DNA of 64,000 nt from Fibrobacteria bacterium (GCA_050294405.1 JBNKOC010000012.1:160001-224000); one strand, 5' to 3'. Shown: positions 21,019 through 30,600, counted from the first letter of the stretch. Made by a program: numbers and translations. The notes: a model not told the origin generated them from the sequence alone.

Positions 21019-21173
21019 GAAAAGGAAGGGCTAAAAAAGGAAAATAAAGTGGAAATTGGCTTACCATCCTTAGACTTTGCAAATGAGGCCTACCACTAAA
21101 CCAAATTATTCCTTCCAATTAAAAAAACGCCGCCAGTGGACCTAATCTAGCCAGTCCTGTTTTTTTTTAAAAA

Positions 21174-21195
21174 TATGTAGCCAAGTAGCTACATA
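21174..21195. promoter_or_regulatory. Palindromic operator, likely for the adjacent ArsR-family repressor
   Basis: Perfect 8-6-8 inverted repeat TATGTAGC-CAAGTA-GCTACATA, 18 nt upstream of the ATG at 21214. Confidence 0.65.
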
Positions 21196-21213
21196 AATGG
21201 TATATTCATAAAT

Positions 21214-21546
21214 ATGAAAACCCGGAGAGACCCTTTTCAAGCCATTGCCGACCCAACACGAAGGGCTATTTTAGTCTTGTTGGCATCGCAAACCATGACA
21301 GCGGGGGCGATTGCCGGACATTTTGACGCAGCCCGTCCCACTATCTCTAAACACATGCAGGTGCTGGGAGAGTGTGGTCTTATTGATTCCCGCTCGCAAG
21401 GCAGGGAGATGCATTACAGCCTCAAGGCTGAAAACATGCAGCAAATCGACCGCTGGCTGGATCAATTCCGGCGTTTGTGGGAAACTCGCTATAGCCAATT
21501 GGACGAAGTTTTAATCACCCTAAAAAAACAAGGAAGGAAAAAATGA
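21214..21546 (+). CDS. ArsR/SmtB family transcriptional regulator
   Basis: FQAIADPTRRAIL and RPTISKHMQVL; overlaps the SRPBCC gene, a common pairing. Confidence 0.93.
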   Translation: MKTRRDPFQAIADPTRRAILVLLASQTMTAGAIAGHFDAARPTISKHMQVLGECGLIDSRSQGREMHYSLKAENMQQIDRWLDQFRRLWETRYSQLDEVLITLKKQGRKK

Positions 21547-22055
21547 TTGGAAAAATGCAGTTCGATTTTATTGTAAATAAGGAGAATAGTACTCTCACTA
21601 TGAAAAGAGAATTTGCCGCTGCCCGGCAGTTGGTGTGGGATTGCTATACAAAGGAGGAATTGCTAGAGCGTTGGTTTGCGCCGAAACCCTTTACAGCCAA
21701 ATCTAAGGAGATGGATTTCAGGGCAGGGGGAAAGTGGCTCTATGCCATGGTGGAACCCGGCGGCAATGAACACTGGGGACTTACAGAGTTTGTGGAAATC
21801 AACCCCATTGATTCCTATACATCGCTGGACGGCTTTTGCGACTCCGAAGGGGTGTTAAATCCGGCATTGCCCAGGGCAAAATGGAATGTGAGCTTTAAAG
21901 ATCTGGGAGAGCATACTCTGGTGGAAACTGTGGTGCAGTACAATTCCCTGCAGGATCTTGAAACCATTATTAAAATGGGTATGGAAGAAGGCATGGCCTC
22001 TACCTTGGAAAGACTGGATGAATTGCTGGCTCAATTGGCCGAAGAATCCAAATAA
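21543..22055 (+). CDS. SRPBCC/AHSA1-like domain protein
   Basis: REFAAARQLVW, WFAP, MDFRAGGKW, GMEEG...LERL. Confidence 0.9.
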   Translation: MIGKMQFDFIVNKENSTLTMKREFAAARQLVWDCYTKEELLERWFAPKPFTAKSKEMDFRAGGKWLYAMVEPGGNEHWGLTEFVEINPIDSYTSLDGFCDSEGVLNPALPRAKWNVSFKDLGEHTLVETVVQYNSLQDLETIIKMGMEEGMASTLERLDELLAQLAEESK

Positions 22056-22121
22056 CATTTATTTAGGTGTCGTTTTACTCTTTCAAGCTCGCGGTGGGCT
22101 GCACTAAAGAAAGGAAAGGGT

Positions 22122-22475
22122 TTAAATCCCTTTAAAGAAAAGCAAGCCCCATCCAATTAAAAACAAAACCCCGCCTATGGGAGTGATGGCTCCGAAACTT
22201 TTAATTCCGGATAAGCTAAGAGTATATAAGCTTCCGGAAAACACCAGGATTCCAGCTGTAAATAGCCCGCCCAATACATTAAGGCTTGTGCCCTTGTTGT
22301 AGGCGTAAAGAGAGAGGGCTAAAAGGGCCAGGGTATGAAATATTTGGTACTGCAATCCGATTTGAAAAATTTCAAACCTGTCTGGAGATAACTTTCCTTT
22401 TAACATATGCCCGCCAAATGCCCCCAGGGCCACAGACAAAAATCCAAAGGCGGCCGAAACTTTTATCCACAACAT
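22122..22475 (-). CDS. DUF423/YgdD-like membrane protein
   Basis: VALGAFGGH, YQIFH, FSGSLY, GAITPIGG. Confidence 0.9.
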   Translation of the reverse strand: MLWIKVSAAFGFLSVALGAFGGHMLKGKLSPDRFEIFQIGLQYQIFHTLALLALSLYAYNKGTSLNVLGGLFTAGILVFSGSLYTLSLSGIKSFGAITPIGGVLFLIGWGLLFFKGI

Positions 22476-22478
22476 GTT

Positions 22479-22775
22479 TTACTCCGCATCGTAAATCACG
22501 ACTTTATCAAAAAATTGAGCAAAATTATCCCGGAAGGCATCGTGAATGGGGTCGTCCTGGTATTCCATTTGTTTTTCATATGTCTCATTAACAATAGTAA
22601 GTAAGTAATCGTAGTCTTTTTGAATAATTTCTCTGTCTGTTTGTGCTGGTTTTCCCACCCAACCATGAGCCACGGACTTTATGGTGGTTAAGCTCTGAGC
22701 CCCTTTTTCAAACGCGGTTATTTGTTCTGGGGTCATATTTTTTTTAAGGTAAAAAACAACAGAATGCACAAACAT
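22479..22775 (-). CDS. Dabb family stress-responsive alpha/beta barrel protein
   Basis: FVHSVVFYLK at the start and YQDDPIH near the end; 98 aa. Confidence 0.82.
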   Translation of the reverse strand: MFVHSVVFYLKKNMTPEQITAFEKGAQSLTTIKSVAHGWVGKPAQTDREIIQKDYDYLLTIVNETYEKQMEYQDDPIHDAFRDNFAQFFDKVVIYDAE

Positions 22776-22837
22776 AAAAACTCCTTCCTATTTAATAGGC
22801 AAAGAAATCTAATAAAATAAGAAAAGTTTTTTTTGGC

Positions 22838-23944
22838 CTAAAGCAGGCCCATTTTTTCTTTTAAAATAAGAATGCGCCTTACAGAACTATCGATGCGAGC
22901 TCTTGCGTCGGGATTTTCGTTAACCAAACGCAAAAGGCATTTTTGCATTATTTCCACCTTTTTTGGAAAGGTAATCATAAAAATATCGTTGCCTGCCCAA
23001 AAAGCCATTTCAAATAGTTTTTCAAAATCGGCATCGGAATATTTTACAGGATGCACTTTATCTACTCCACTAACATAACCCCGCAAGGCAGCTCCCCATA
23101 AATCATCGGTCATTAAAACTTTGTCTCCTGCAATGTCACGGGCAAGACCCACCATTTTTTGGGAAAAAACAGAAGGGCGCTCGCAAAATTTTTTGTAGAA
23201 AATGCTGCTTAACATAACCCCTGCCATGGGGCTTATGGTTTGGCGAAAGGCTTCGATATTTTCGGCCACATGAAGGGAATCTGCGTGGCTGATAGCTATA
23301 TGATGATCGGAATTGTCCATTACATCATAGCCTGGAAAATGTTTGGAGATACACCATATTCCGCTTTTTTGATAGCCCTTTACAAAGGCTAGGGCTGGGC
23401 CCACAATTTGATTGGCTTTGGGGCCAAAGGAACGTTTTTCCGCATGCATAAAGGTTTCTTTTCCCTCCCAGTTATGGGAGGGGTCCACCACGGGCGCCAG
23501 GTTCAGATTGATTCCCATTTTTTTAAGTTCGAATCCGATTTTTTCAGAAAGCTGGCTAATGGAATCTGAAGGCCAACTTTGGATGTCTGTGGCAGATGGT
23601 AAGTTTTTAAACTGAGGCAGGGAAACCAGGCGGTTTACTTTTCCCCCTTCCTGGTCCATCGACACAATCAACGGGATAGATAATTTGGATTGAGCCTCTT
23701 TAATTTCTTTCTGTAGCTTTTCAGGGTCTTTCATCATGTTAGACATTATGAGTACGCCACCAATATGGTATTTTTCCAGAAAGTTTAGAGGAGAATTATA
23801 AACCAAGAACATTTGTCCGATTTTTTCCTCCCAACTCATGTTTTGGATACGGGAATGTAAATCTGTTTTGGAGGCCAGGTTTGCTTGGGCCTGAATTAAA
23901 AGACTACATCCAAACCAAAATGCATAGATTTTCTTTTTCAACAT
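22838..23944 (-). CDS. Glycoside hydrolase family 3, NagZ-like beta-N-acetylhexosaminidase, with signal peptide
   Basis: EEKIGQMF, DQEGGKVNRL, NLNLAPVVD, KHFPG, MTDDL, RIDSSVRRIL. Confidence 0.85.
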   Translation of the reverse strand: MLKKKIYAFWFGCSLLIQAQANLASKTDLHSRIQNMSWEEKIGQMFLVYNSPLNFLEKYHIGGVLIMSNMMKDPEKLQKEIKEAQSKLSIPLIVSMDQEGGKVNRLVSLPQFKNLPSATDIQSWPSDSISQLSEKIGFELKKMGINLNLAPVVDPSHNWEGKETFMHAEKRSFGPKANQIVGPALAFVKGYQKSGIWCISKHFPGYDVMDNSDHHIAISHADSLHVAENIEAFRQTISPMAGVMLSSIFYKKFCERPSVFSQKMVGLARDIAGDKVLMTDDLWGAALRGYVSGVDKVHPVKYSDADFEKLFEMAFWAGNDIFMITFPKKVEIMQKCLLRLVNENPDARARIDSSVRRILILKEKMGLL

Positions 23945-23959
23945 TCCTAATCTTTCTTT

Positions 23960-24175
23960 CTAATAATGGGGAGGCTTTTCATTGGAATCGGAGCGGGGCA
24001 TGCCAGTTTCGATTTGAATTATCCGGTCTGAGAACTCTTTTAGGTCTGTCTTGAGCCTGTCAATGGTCTTGCTTTGCTCAAACATAGTGAGGTTTACCTG
24101 ATTCAGGTTTTCTTCCATGTAAGCTAGTTTGCTCTCTAATTCCACCAGACGTGATTCTAAACTTTCCTCTGACAT
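23960..24175 (-). CDS. slyX: SlyX family protein
   Basis: RLVELESKLAY..E and a terminal EKPPHY. Confidence 0.92.
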   Translation of the reverse strand: MSEESLESRLVELESKLAYMEENLNQVNLTMFEQSKTIDRLKTDLKEFSDRIIQIETGMPRSDSNEKPPHY

Positions 24176-24252
24176 AATCGAGCAACAATATACGATTTTA
24201 AAAAGGGGCTACCAACAACTCCCTGTATGCAGGATTGTCAAAGAACCCGAAG

Positions 24253-24900
24253 CTATTTTAAATAAGCTCCGAATTTATGGGCCGGACCATGCACAGATTC
24301 AATGGATTTAAGGGCCTTATCCATCCCCAAATCTTTTGCCTGAAAACGTTTTTTAAGACAAGCGCAAAAAACCTCTTTTAACACTTCGCAATCGTATAAA
24401 GCCCGGTGTAACTGGTCGCTTTTCACGTTAATATTGATTTGCGAACTTAATTTTTTAGCCAGGTCTCCCAATTTTTGGGAAGGAGCTTCCACCAGAATTT
24501 TTTTGGTAATTTTTAAACTGTCAATAATGGGGTTTTCGGGAATGCGAAGCCCCCCTTTTTTTAATGCCAAAGCTACAAATTCAGCATCGAAAGGGGCATT
24601 GTGGGCCACTAAGACAGTGGATAACCCGCAAAACCTCATGAATTCGGAAATCACATCTTTGGCCGGGGGAGCATTTTCCACCATCTGGTTGGTGATGTTG
24701 TGAATGCGGATGGAATCTTCTGGTATAAACATAGTGGGCTTGATAAGTTTGCCAAACTCTGCAATTTTTTTTGAAATAATTTTTCCGGCGCTTAATTCCA
24801 GAGTGAATTTAATTCCGGCAATTTCAATAATTTCATTGTTTCGTGGGTCAAGCCCGGTTGTTTCCACATCAAAGGCAACAAAGCTGATAAAGGGTACCAA
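24253..24900 (-). CDS. DEDDh 3'-5' exonuclease (DnaQ/PolC-like)
   Basis: DVETTG, VAHNAPFD, HRALYDC; TTG start with GGAGG upstream. Confidence 0.9.
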   Translation of the reverse strand: MVPFISFVAFDVETTGLDPRNNEIIEIAGIKFTLELSAGKIISKKIAEFGKLIKPTMFIPEDSIRIHNITNQMVENAPPAKDVISEFMRFCGLSTVLVAHNAPFDAEFVALALKKGGLRIPENPIIDSLKITKKILVEAPSQKLGDLAKKLSSQININVKSDQLHRALYDCEVLKEVFCACLKKRFQAKDLGMDKALKSIESVHGPAHKFGAYLK

Positions 24901-25025
24901 GAATCCTCCAATTTCATCAATTTGTGAACTAAGTTAGTAAAACTCGGCGGGCTTGGGAGATATACAAAGGCATAAGAGAGCATAAATTACTACATTGTTT
25001 TCCTGTAATAATCTAATGGAGCGCC

Positions 25026-27335
25026 ATGGAAGCTACTGCCATTGAAACCAGCCAAACAGCAGAGGCAGAAAATGCCCCTCATGCCAATTGGCCTCAAGGG
25101 GCATTGGATTTAATTGTCCCCGTTGCAACAGAAGAGGGTTTTGGAGAAGACCCAAAATACACTTCGGAATTTGAAATCGCCAAACTGGAAATTGAAAAAG
25201 GAGCTTCCATTGATTGGGAAGCCATCCAGCTCAACTGCCAAAAACTAAGCCTGGAAATAGCCAAAGACTTACGGGCTCTTGGTTATCTGGCCTTATCCAG
25301 TTTTCGGGCCAGTGGTGTTTCTCATGGCTGCGAGGCCCTGCTGGCCATTACTCATTACATACTGGAACATTTTGAAAAAGTCCATCCCCAAAGGGAAACA
25401 GCCAAATTAAATTCCATAAGCTGGCTTAATTCAGATAAATTAACTGCTTTTTTAGAAGGGTTATCCCCCGAGGGTGCAGATAAGCCCATTGCTTTTACCA
25501 CATTGCAGGAATTAAACAAGGTTAAAAAATTCCTTACTGAAAAATACCCAGATAATCCTCCCTCCATTGGTCAGTTGGTCAAAGTCTTTGAGGCTTGGGT
25601 TAAAAATTACGAACCTGTTTCCGCCAAAGAAGAATCTATAGTCCAAGTATCAGAAGGGGAAGCTGAAACTGGAAATCCCGAACAGGCTTCAGCCCCGGCC
25701 AATGGCAAGATGGGACAGGAGCTATCTACCGATGTCCCTCATACAAATGGAGTCGTTGAAACGGAAACAAAAGTGGAAGCTGCGCCCGACCCGGATTGGG
25801 TGATTCAACTTAAAAAACCAATTTCAGATGGGGCTCCCACAGGAGAAGATCCCAAATATTCCAATGAGTTTGATGTTATTAAGGCCGAAATTGAAAAAAT
25901 GAGCGGCAATGATTTTGAACTGCTGGTGAACGAGGGTTTAAAAGTTTTAACAGAGCAGGCCAAGGATTTAAGAGTTTTCGGATTTTTGCTTTTGGGCTCC
26001 ATTAAGTCCGAGGGCATTGAGCATTTTTCCTATGTGCTGGATAGCATGGCCTATTGGGCGGAAAGTGATTTTGAGGGGCTACATCCCCAGAGAGAAACTG
26101 CTAAGGAAAACGCCATTAAATGGCTTAACCAGGACAGGTTGATGACCACCATGGATGGGGTAGAGCCCAAAGAGGCTTATTATCCCCATGTTATGCGGGC
26201 TCAACAAGCGTTTAATAAACTGAAGTCTGTTATTTTTGAAAAGTTTCCAGACAACCCTCCTTCCATCGGTCAGTTGGGAAAGGCCTTGGAAAAGTGGGTT
26301 AAAAGTTCAAAGCCAGCCCCAGTGGCAGCCACTAAGCCCGCCGCTACCGCAAGCGCTTCCTCTCCAGCTGAAAGTACATCAACTACCTCAACAGCTTCAT
26401 CAGCAGGACCAGCCTTAGGGGCCATTGAAGATATATCGGGGGCCCAAACCAACTTGCAAAAGGTGGCCAGTTTCTTTCTGGCAAACGATGAAACCAACCC
26501 TTTGGGATACAAACTTATGCGGGTTTTAAAATGGGAGACCATTCCAGAGACCCCCAACATTCCCAATGGAGTTTTGCGAATAGCCGGGCCCAACGCACAG
26601 CTTAAAAACCAGTTGGAAAAAATGCTGGAAACCCAAAACTGGAAAGACTTGGTTAGATTAGCCGAAGAGGCTTTCACCCGACCGGGCCATCATTTTTGGC
26701 TGGATTTACAATGGTATTCCTGCCAGGCTTTGCGTGGTTTGGGAGGCAAGTACAACTTGTGCGCTGGTGCTATTGAGGGTGAATTGGCCTCTTTAATGAA
26801 ACGGGCCGGAGGTCTGGCTGAATTTAAATATCAGGATAACACTGCATTTGCCTCTCCCCGTACTTTAGATTGGGTGGCGGAAATAAGTGCCGCTGCGGCT
26901 GGAGGAACTGGAGTATCAAAAACATCTGATGGTCTAAGCGATGAAGACAAAGAAACCATGAACGGCTTAGTGGCGGAGGGCAAGTTGCCTGAGGTTTTAG
27001 CCTTTTTGGAAAATGCTCCTGGTAACCTCGATAAAAAGACAACAAGCATGCGCAAAATTCAAATGGCAAAAATTTGTGTTAACATGCAAAACCCTCTATT
27101 GGCCGAGGGTATATGGTCCGGTGTTAAGGATGAGTTGGAGCGGGATCACTCGGGAGACTGGGATAAAAATTTTGCCTCTACGGTTTATGAAATGGGGCTT
27201 CGCATATATAAATTGTTGTCTACTGATGCAGGTTCTGGACCAGCAGAAAAAGCACATTATGTATTACAAATGCGGGATTGTTACAAAAAAATTGCTAAAT
27301 TTGATCCAATCAAAGCCAACCAATTGAATTTTTAA
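25026..27335 (+). CDS. tssA: T6SS TssA with two tandem ImpA_N-like domains and a VasJ-like domain
   Basis: Two copies of GEDPKY..EF / KDLR / HPQR; C-terminal FWLDLQ and D.TAFA..TL.W; first gene of the T6SS cluster. Confidence 0.88.
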   Translation: MEATAIETSQTAEAENAPHANWPQGALDLIVPVATEEGFGEDPKYTSEFEIAKLEIEKGASIDWEAIQLNCQKLSLEIAKDLRALGYLALSSFRASGVSHGCEALLAITHYILEHFEKVHPQRETAKLNSISWLNSDKLTAFLEGLSPEGADKPIAFTTLQELNKVKKFLTEKYPDNPPSIGQLVKVFEAWVKNYEPVSAKEESIVQVSEGEAETGNPEQASAPANGKMGQELSTDVPHTNGVVETETKVEAAPDPDWVIQLKKPISDGAPTGEDPKYSNEFDVIKAEIEKMSGNDFELLVNEGLKVLTEQAKDLRVFGFLLLGSIKSEGIEHFSYVLDSMAYWAESDFEGLHPQRETAKENAIKWLNQDRLMTTMDGVEPKEAYYPHVMRAQQAFNKLKSVIFEKFPDNPPSIGQLGKALEKWVKSSKPAPVAATKPAATASASSPAESTSTTSTASSAGPALGAIEDISGAQTNLQKVASFFLANDETNPLGYKLMRVLKWETIPETPNIPNGVLRIAGPNAQLKNQLEKMLETQNWKDLVRLAEEAFTRPGHHFWLDLQWYSCQALRGLGGKYNLCAGAIEGELASLMKRAGGLAEFKYQDNTAFASPRTLDWVAEISAAAAGGTGVSKTSDGLSDEDKETMNGLVAEGKLPEVLAFLENAPGNLDKKTTSMRKIQMAKICVNMQNPLLAEGIWSGVKDELERDHSGDWDKNFASTVYEMGLRIYKLLSTDAGSGPAEKAHYVLQMRDCYKKIAKFDPIKANQLNF

Positions 27336-27398
27336 TTAAATTTGGATTCAGTTTCTGGTTTATTAGTGGGTCGTGTTTGTTTTAACAGAGGATGAAGT

Positions 27399-27923
27399 AT
27401 GGCATCAAATAGCTTTCAAAATGAAATTCCACCAGCACGTGTAAATATTCAACTTAGCGTGGATAAAGGTGGCGCTCAGAAAAAAGTAGAGCTCCCCATG
27501 AAAATGATGGTTATGGGCGATTTTACAGGCAAAAAAGACTCTACCCGAGTGGCAGAAAGAGAGCGCATCAATATCAATAAAAACAACTTTGACCAGGTTA
27601 TGGAATCTATGGACCTTGGTGTGGACACCACTGTAGCCAACAAGTTGAACCCCAACGGCGGCGACATTAAAGTGAATTTAAAATTCAAAAACATGAAATC
27701 CTTTGATCCAGTGGAAGTGGCCAAACAAGTTCCCTCCATTACCAATTTAATGGCGGCACGTAACCTGATTAAAGATTTGGGTTCTAATTTGTTGGACAAC
27801 CGCGAATTCAGAAAGCGGATGGAAGCCATTTTAAAAGACAAATCCGCTATGGAAAGCTTAAAAGAAGAGCTTCAGAAAATTGCTCCTCTTTCAGACGAAC
27901 CCCAGGAAGAAAAATCCGAATAA
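27399..27923 (+). CDS. tssB: T6SS sheath small subunit TssB
   Basis: SFQNEIPPARVNI, KKVELP..MMVMGDF, F..MKSFDP..VAKQVP. Confidence 0.96.
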   Translation: MASNSFQNEIPPARVNIQLSVDKGGAQKKVELPMKMMVMGDFTGKKDSTRVAERERININKNNFDQVMESMDLGVDTTVANKLNPNGGDIKVNLKFKNMKSFDPVEVAKQVPSITNLMAARNLIKDLGSNLLDNREFRKRMEAILKDKSAMESLKEELQKIAPLSDEPQEEKSE

Positions 27924-27962
27924 TAATTTTTAAGCAGACATTCAATTAAACAAGGAATCAAT

Positions 27963-29450
27963 ATGGCTGAAGAAGCAAAAGGACTAGAATACATCTACGA
28001 AACAATGGATTTGGCTGTCCCTGAAAAAGAAGTGGACATTTCCGAATACCGTGATGTGGAATCTCTTTCGGATCACAGTGCCAACGAGCGTATGGGTGCT
28101 GCTTTAAGAGTTTTTGTGCAATCTGTTATGGATTCATCTGCAAGCATCGATAAAATCGACAAAACAGCGATTGATGCGCAAATTGCTTTAATTGACGAAA
28201 AAATTTCTGCCCAATTAGACGAAATCATGCATTCCGAAGCCTTCCAGAAAATGGAAAGCGCCTGGCGTGGTCTTAAATTCACTGTGGATAGAACTGACTT
28301 TCGTAAGAATGTTAAGCTGGAAGTTTTGAATGTATCTAAAATTGATTTGCTGGAAGATTTTGAAGACTCTCCCGAAACCATACAGTCGGGTTTGTACAAG
28401 CATGTTTATACCAGTGAATACGATACTCCGGGTGGTGAACCCTTTACTTCTATTATTTCAAACTTTGATTTTGGCGCTACTTCCCAGGATATCAGCCTCC
28501 TGCAAGATATTTCCAAGGTATCTGCGTCGGCTCACTGTCCTTTTATCGCATCTGTAGGAGCCAAATTTTTTGGCAAAGAAGATGTTCGCGAACTTCCAAA
28601 AATTGAAGATTTAGAAAATTTCATGGACAGAGCTGAATACATCAAATGGAAGTCCTTCCGTGAATCAGAAGACGCCCGCTATGTGGGTTTGACTTTGCCT
28701 CGTTTCTTACTTCGTTCCCCATACGGCGAAGACAATCCGGTTAAAGAGTTTAACTATACCGAAAAAGTAAGTGGTGATGATCACGAAAAATACTTGTGGG
28801 GAAATGCCTCTTTTACCTTTGCCACGAACATGATTCGCTCCTTCCAGGACAATGGTTGGGCCGTTCAAATCCGTGGTCCCGAAGCTGGCGGTAAAGTGGA
28901 AAATTTGCCCATCCACAATTACGATGTGGGTAAAGGCACTCAAACTAAAATTCCCACTGAAATTCTAATTCCCGAAACCCGCGAATTTGAATTTGCCAAT
29001 CAGGGATTTATTCCTCTCAGTTACTACAAAAACAGTGATTTTGCCTGTTTCTTTTCTGCCAACTCTGCGCAAAAGCCCCAGGAATTTGACGATCCCAAAG
29101 TAACTGCTAACATGCGTATCAATTCTCGTTTGCCTTATATTTTCCTCACTTCCCGTTTAGCCCATTATCTAAAAGTGTTGCAGAGAGAAAATATCGGAGC
29201 CACAAAAAGCGCCTCCGCCCTGCAGGATGAATTGAACAAATGGATTAAAAGTCTGGTGACTGAAATGAAAGATCCGGATCCTGAATTGGCGGCCACTCAT
29301 CCTTTAAGCGCAGCCCAGGTTACTGTTACCGAAAATGAAGACAATCCTGGGTTTTTTAGAGTATCTATGGCGGTTACTCCACACTTCCAGGTGGAAGGTA
29401 TGGATGTTAATTTGTCCCTGGTATCCCAAATGCCAAAGGCCAAAAATTAA
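27963..29450 (+). CDS. tssC: T6SS sheath large subunit TssC
   Basis: FQKMESAWRGL, EYDTPGGEP, LPRFLLR.PY, YLWGNA, RLPYIF..SRLAHYLK. Confidence 0.98.
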   Translation: MAEEAKGLEYIYETMDLAVPEKEVDISEYRDVESLSDHSANERMGAALRVFVQSVMDSSASIDKIDKTAIDAQIALIDEKISAQLDEIMHSEAFQKMESAWRGLKFTVDRTDFRKNVKLEVLNVSKIDLLEDFEDSPETIQSGLYKHVYTSEYDTPGGEPFTSIISNFDFGATSQDISLLQDISKVSASAHCPFIASVGAKFFGKEDVRELPKIEDLENFMDRAEYIKWKSFRESEDARYVGLTLPRFLLRSPYGEDNPVKEFNYTEKVSGDDHEKYLWGNASFTFATNMIRSFQDNGWAVQIRGPEAGGKVENLPIHNYDVGKGTQTKIPTEILIPETREFEFANQGFIPLSYYKNSDFACFFSANSAQKPQEFDDPKVTANMRINSRLPYIFLTSRLAHYLKVLQRENIGATKSASALQDELNKWIKSLVTEMKDPDPELAATHPLSAAQVTVTENEDNPGFFRVSMAVTPHFQVEGMDVNLSLVSQMPKAKN

Positions 29451-29459
29451 TTCATGCGT

Positions 29460-29475
29460 TGTGATGTAGATCACA
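29460..29475. promoter_or_regulatory. CRP-type binding site upstream of hcp
   Basis: TGTGATGTAGATCACA is a perfect TGTGA-N6-TCACA and matches 15/16 of the E. coli CRP core consensus TGTGATCTAGATCACA; intergenic. Confidence 0.6.
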
Positions 29476-29558
29476 GACAAGGTAAAACCCGAATTGTTAT
29501 TTTTCATTTAAATTGCTTTGCCAGGCAATCATAAATACAACTTTTAAAGGAGGATAAA

Positions 29559-30026
29559 ATGGCCATCCCAGCGTACATGAAGATAGACGGAATTCCCGGC
29601 TCAGTAGCCGTTTCAGGTCGTGAAGACACTATTGAAGTTTTGGAATTTGATCATAAGATTTATTTGCCCATTGATAAAGACGACGGTTCCATTACCGGTA
29701 CCAGAAAACACGGAGCCATTACTTTGCATAAAGCTTTCGACAAGTCATCTGCCGAGCTTTATAAAAAAGTATGTAAAGGTGAAGATATTAAAGAAATCGT
29801 AATTAACTGGTATGAGATTACTCCTCAGGGTACAGAAGAGGTTTACTTTGTTCATACATTGAACAACTGTAAAATTTCCTCCATGCGGTCTTATATGCAT
29901 AATGTAAAAGACCCTACAAAAGAAACTTTTGTGCATCAGGAAGAGCTTTGTATTCGTTATGAAAAGATTACCTGGTTGTTTAAAGAAGGAAATCACCAGC
30001 ACACTGATCTTTGGAACGTACGGTAA
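29559..30026 (+). CDS. hcp: T6SS tube protein Hcp/TssD
   Basis: MAIPAY, GREDTIEV, G.ITGTRKH, K.FDKSS..LY, RYEKITW; AAGGAGG RBS. Confidence 0.96.
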   Translation: MAIPAYMKIDGIPGSVAVSGREDTIEVLEFDHKIYLPIDKDDGSITGTRKHGAITLHKAFDKSSAELYKKVCKGEDIKEIVINWYEITPQGTEEVYFVHTLNNCKISSMRSYMHNVKDPTKETFVHQEELCIRYEKITWLFKEGNHQHTDLWNVR

Positions 30027-30032
30027 ATTAAT

Positions 30033-30069
30033 AGCTAGCGGGGGCCTAATTCGGCCCCTTAGCTTTTTT
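30033..30069 (+). terminator. Rho-independent terminator after hcp
   Basis: AGCT..GGGGCC-TAATTC-GGCCCC..AGCT hairpin followed by a T run. Confidence 0.7.
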
Positions 30070-30171
30070 CATTGGACAAGCCTGCATTGGGCATATCTAA
30101 AAAAATCCATCCGCTTCTCCGGTTATTGATTTGACAGGTTTTTAGATGTGCTCCAGCAAAGGGGAACATCA

Positions 30172-30600
30172 GTGGTACAATTACATCAGGAAAGTTTTTT
30201 AGAAAAGCTTACCGGAGTCTACATAGATGGTACCCCGGTGGGAACTGTGCCTTCTGAACAGCGCCTTTTAAAAAGTATAACAGATCACCTTTCCCGTTTG
30301 CTTAATACCCGTCAGGGAAGTTTGCAACATTTACCGGATTATGGTGTTCCCGATATTGCCCAAATATACCGAGGGCTTCCAGCAAGTTTTAATCAATTGA
30401 GATTTACTGTGTTGGAGCTAATACAAAAATACGAACCTCGCTTGGAACGAATGAAAATGACCTTGCTTCCCTTTAAACCTGAAGAATTAAAAATAGCATT
30501 TCAATTATCAGGCTATTTTAAAGGGGGCCATGCGGTGGTTTTCCAGACATCTTTTTCATCCAGTGGCGAAGCAGCTGTGCTTCCCATGAAAAAACAATAA
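30172..30600 (+). CDS. tssE: T6SS baseplate TssE (gp25-like)
   Basis: SI..HL.RLLNTRQG, PDYGVPD, YEPRL; GTG at 30172 has a purine-rich RBS (alternative start 30148). Confidence 0.93.
   Translation: MVQLHQESFLEKLTGVYIDGTPVGTVPSEQRLLKSITDHLSRLLNTRQGSLQHLPDYGVPDIAQIYRGLPASFNQLRFTVLELIQKYEPRLERMKMTLLPFKPEELKIAFQLSGYFKGGHAVVFQTSFSSSGEAAVLPMKKQ

Noticed and set aside
8249..21170. att sites or direct repeats bounding the AT-rich island
   Set aside because: Only 6-7 nt similarities (ccatcc, tcctgtt); no integrase, transposase or tRNA nearby
24960..24990. Sigma54 -24/-12 promoter upstream of tssA (GGCATAAGAGAGCA)
   Set aside because: GG-to-GC spacing is 9 rather than the required 10 nt, and there is no TTGC
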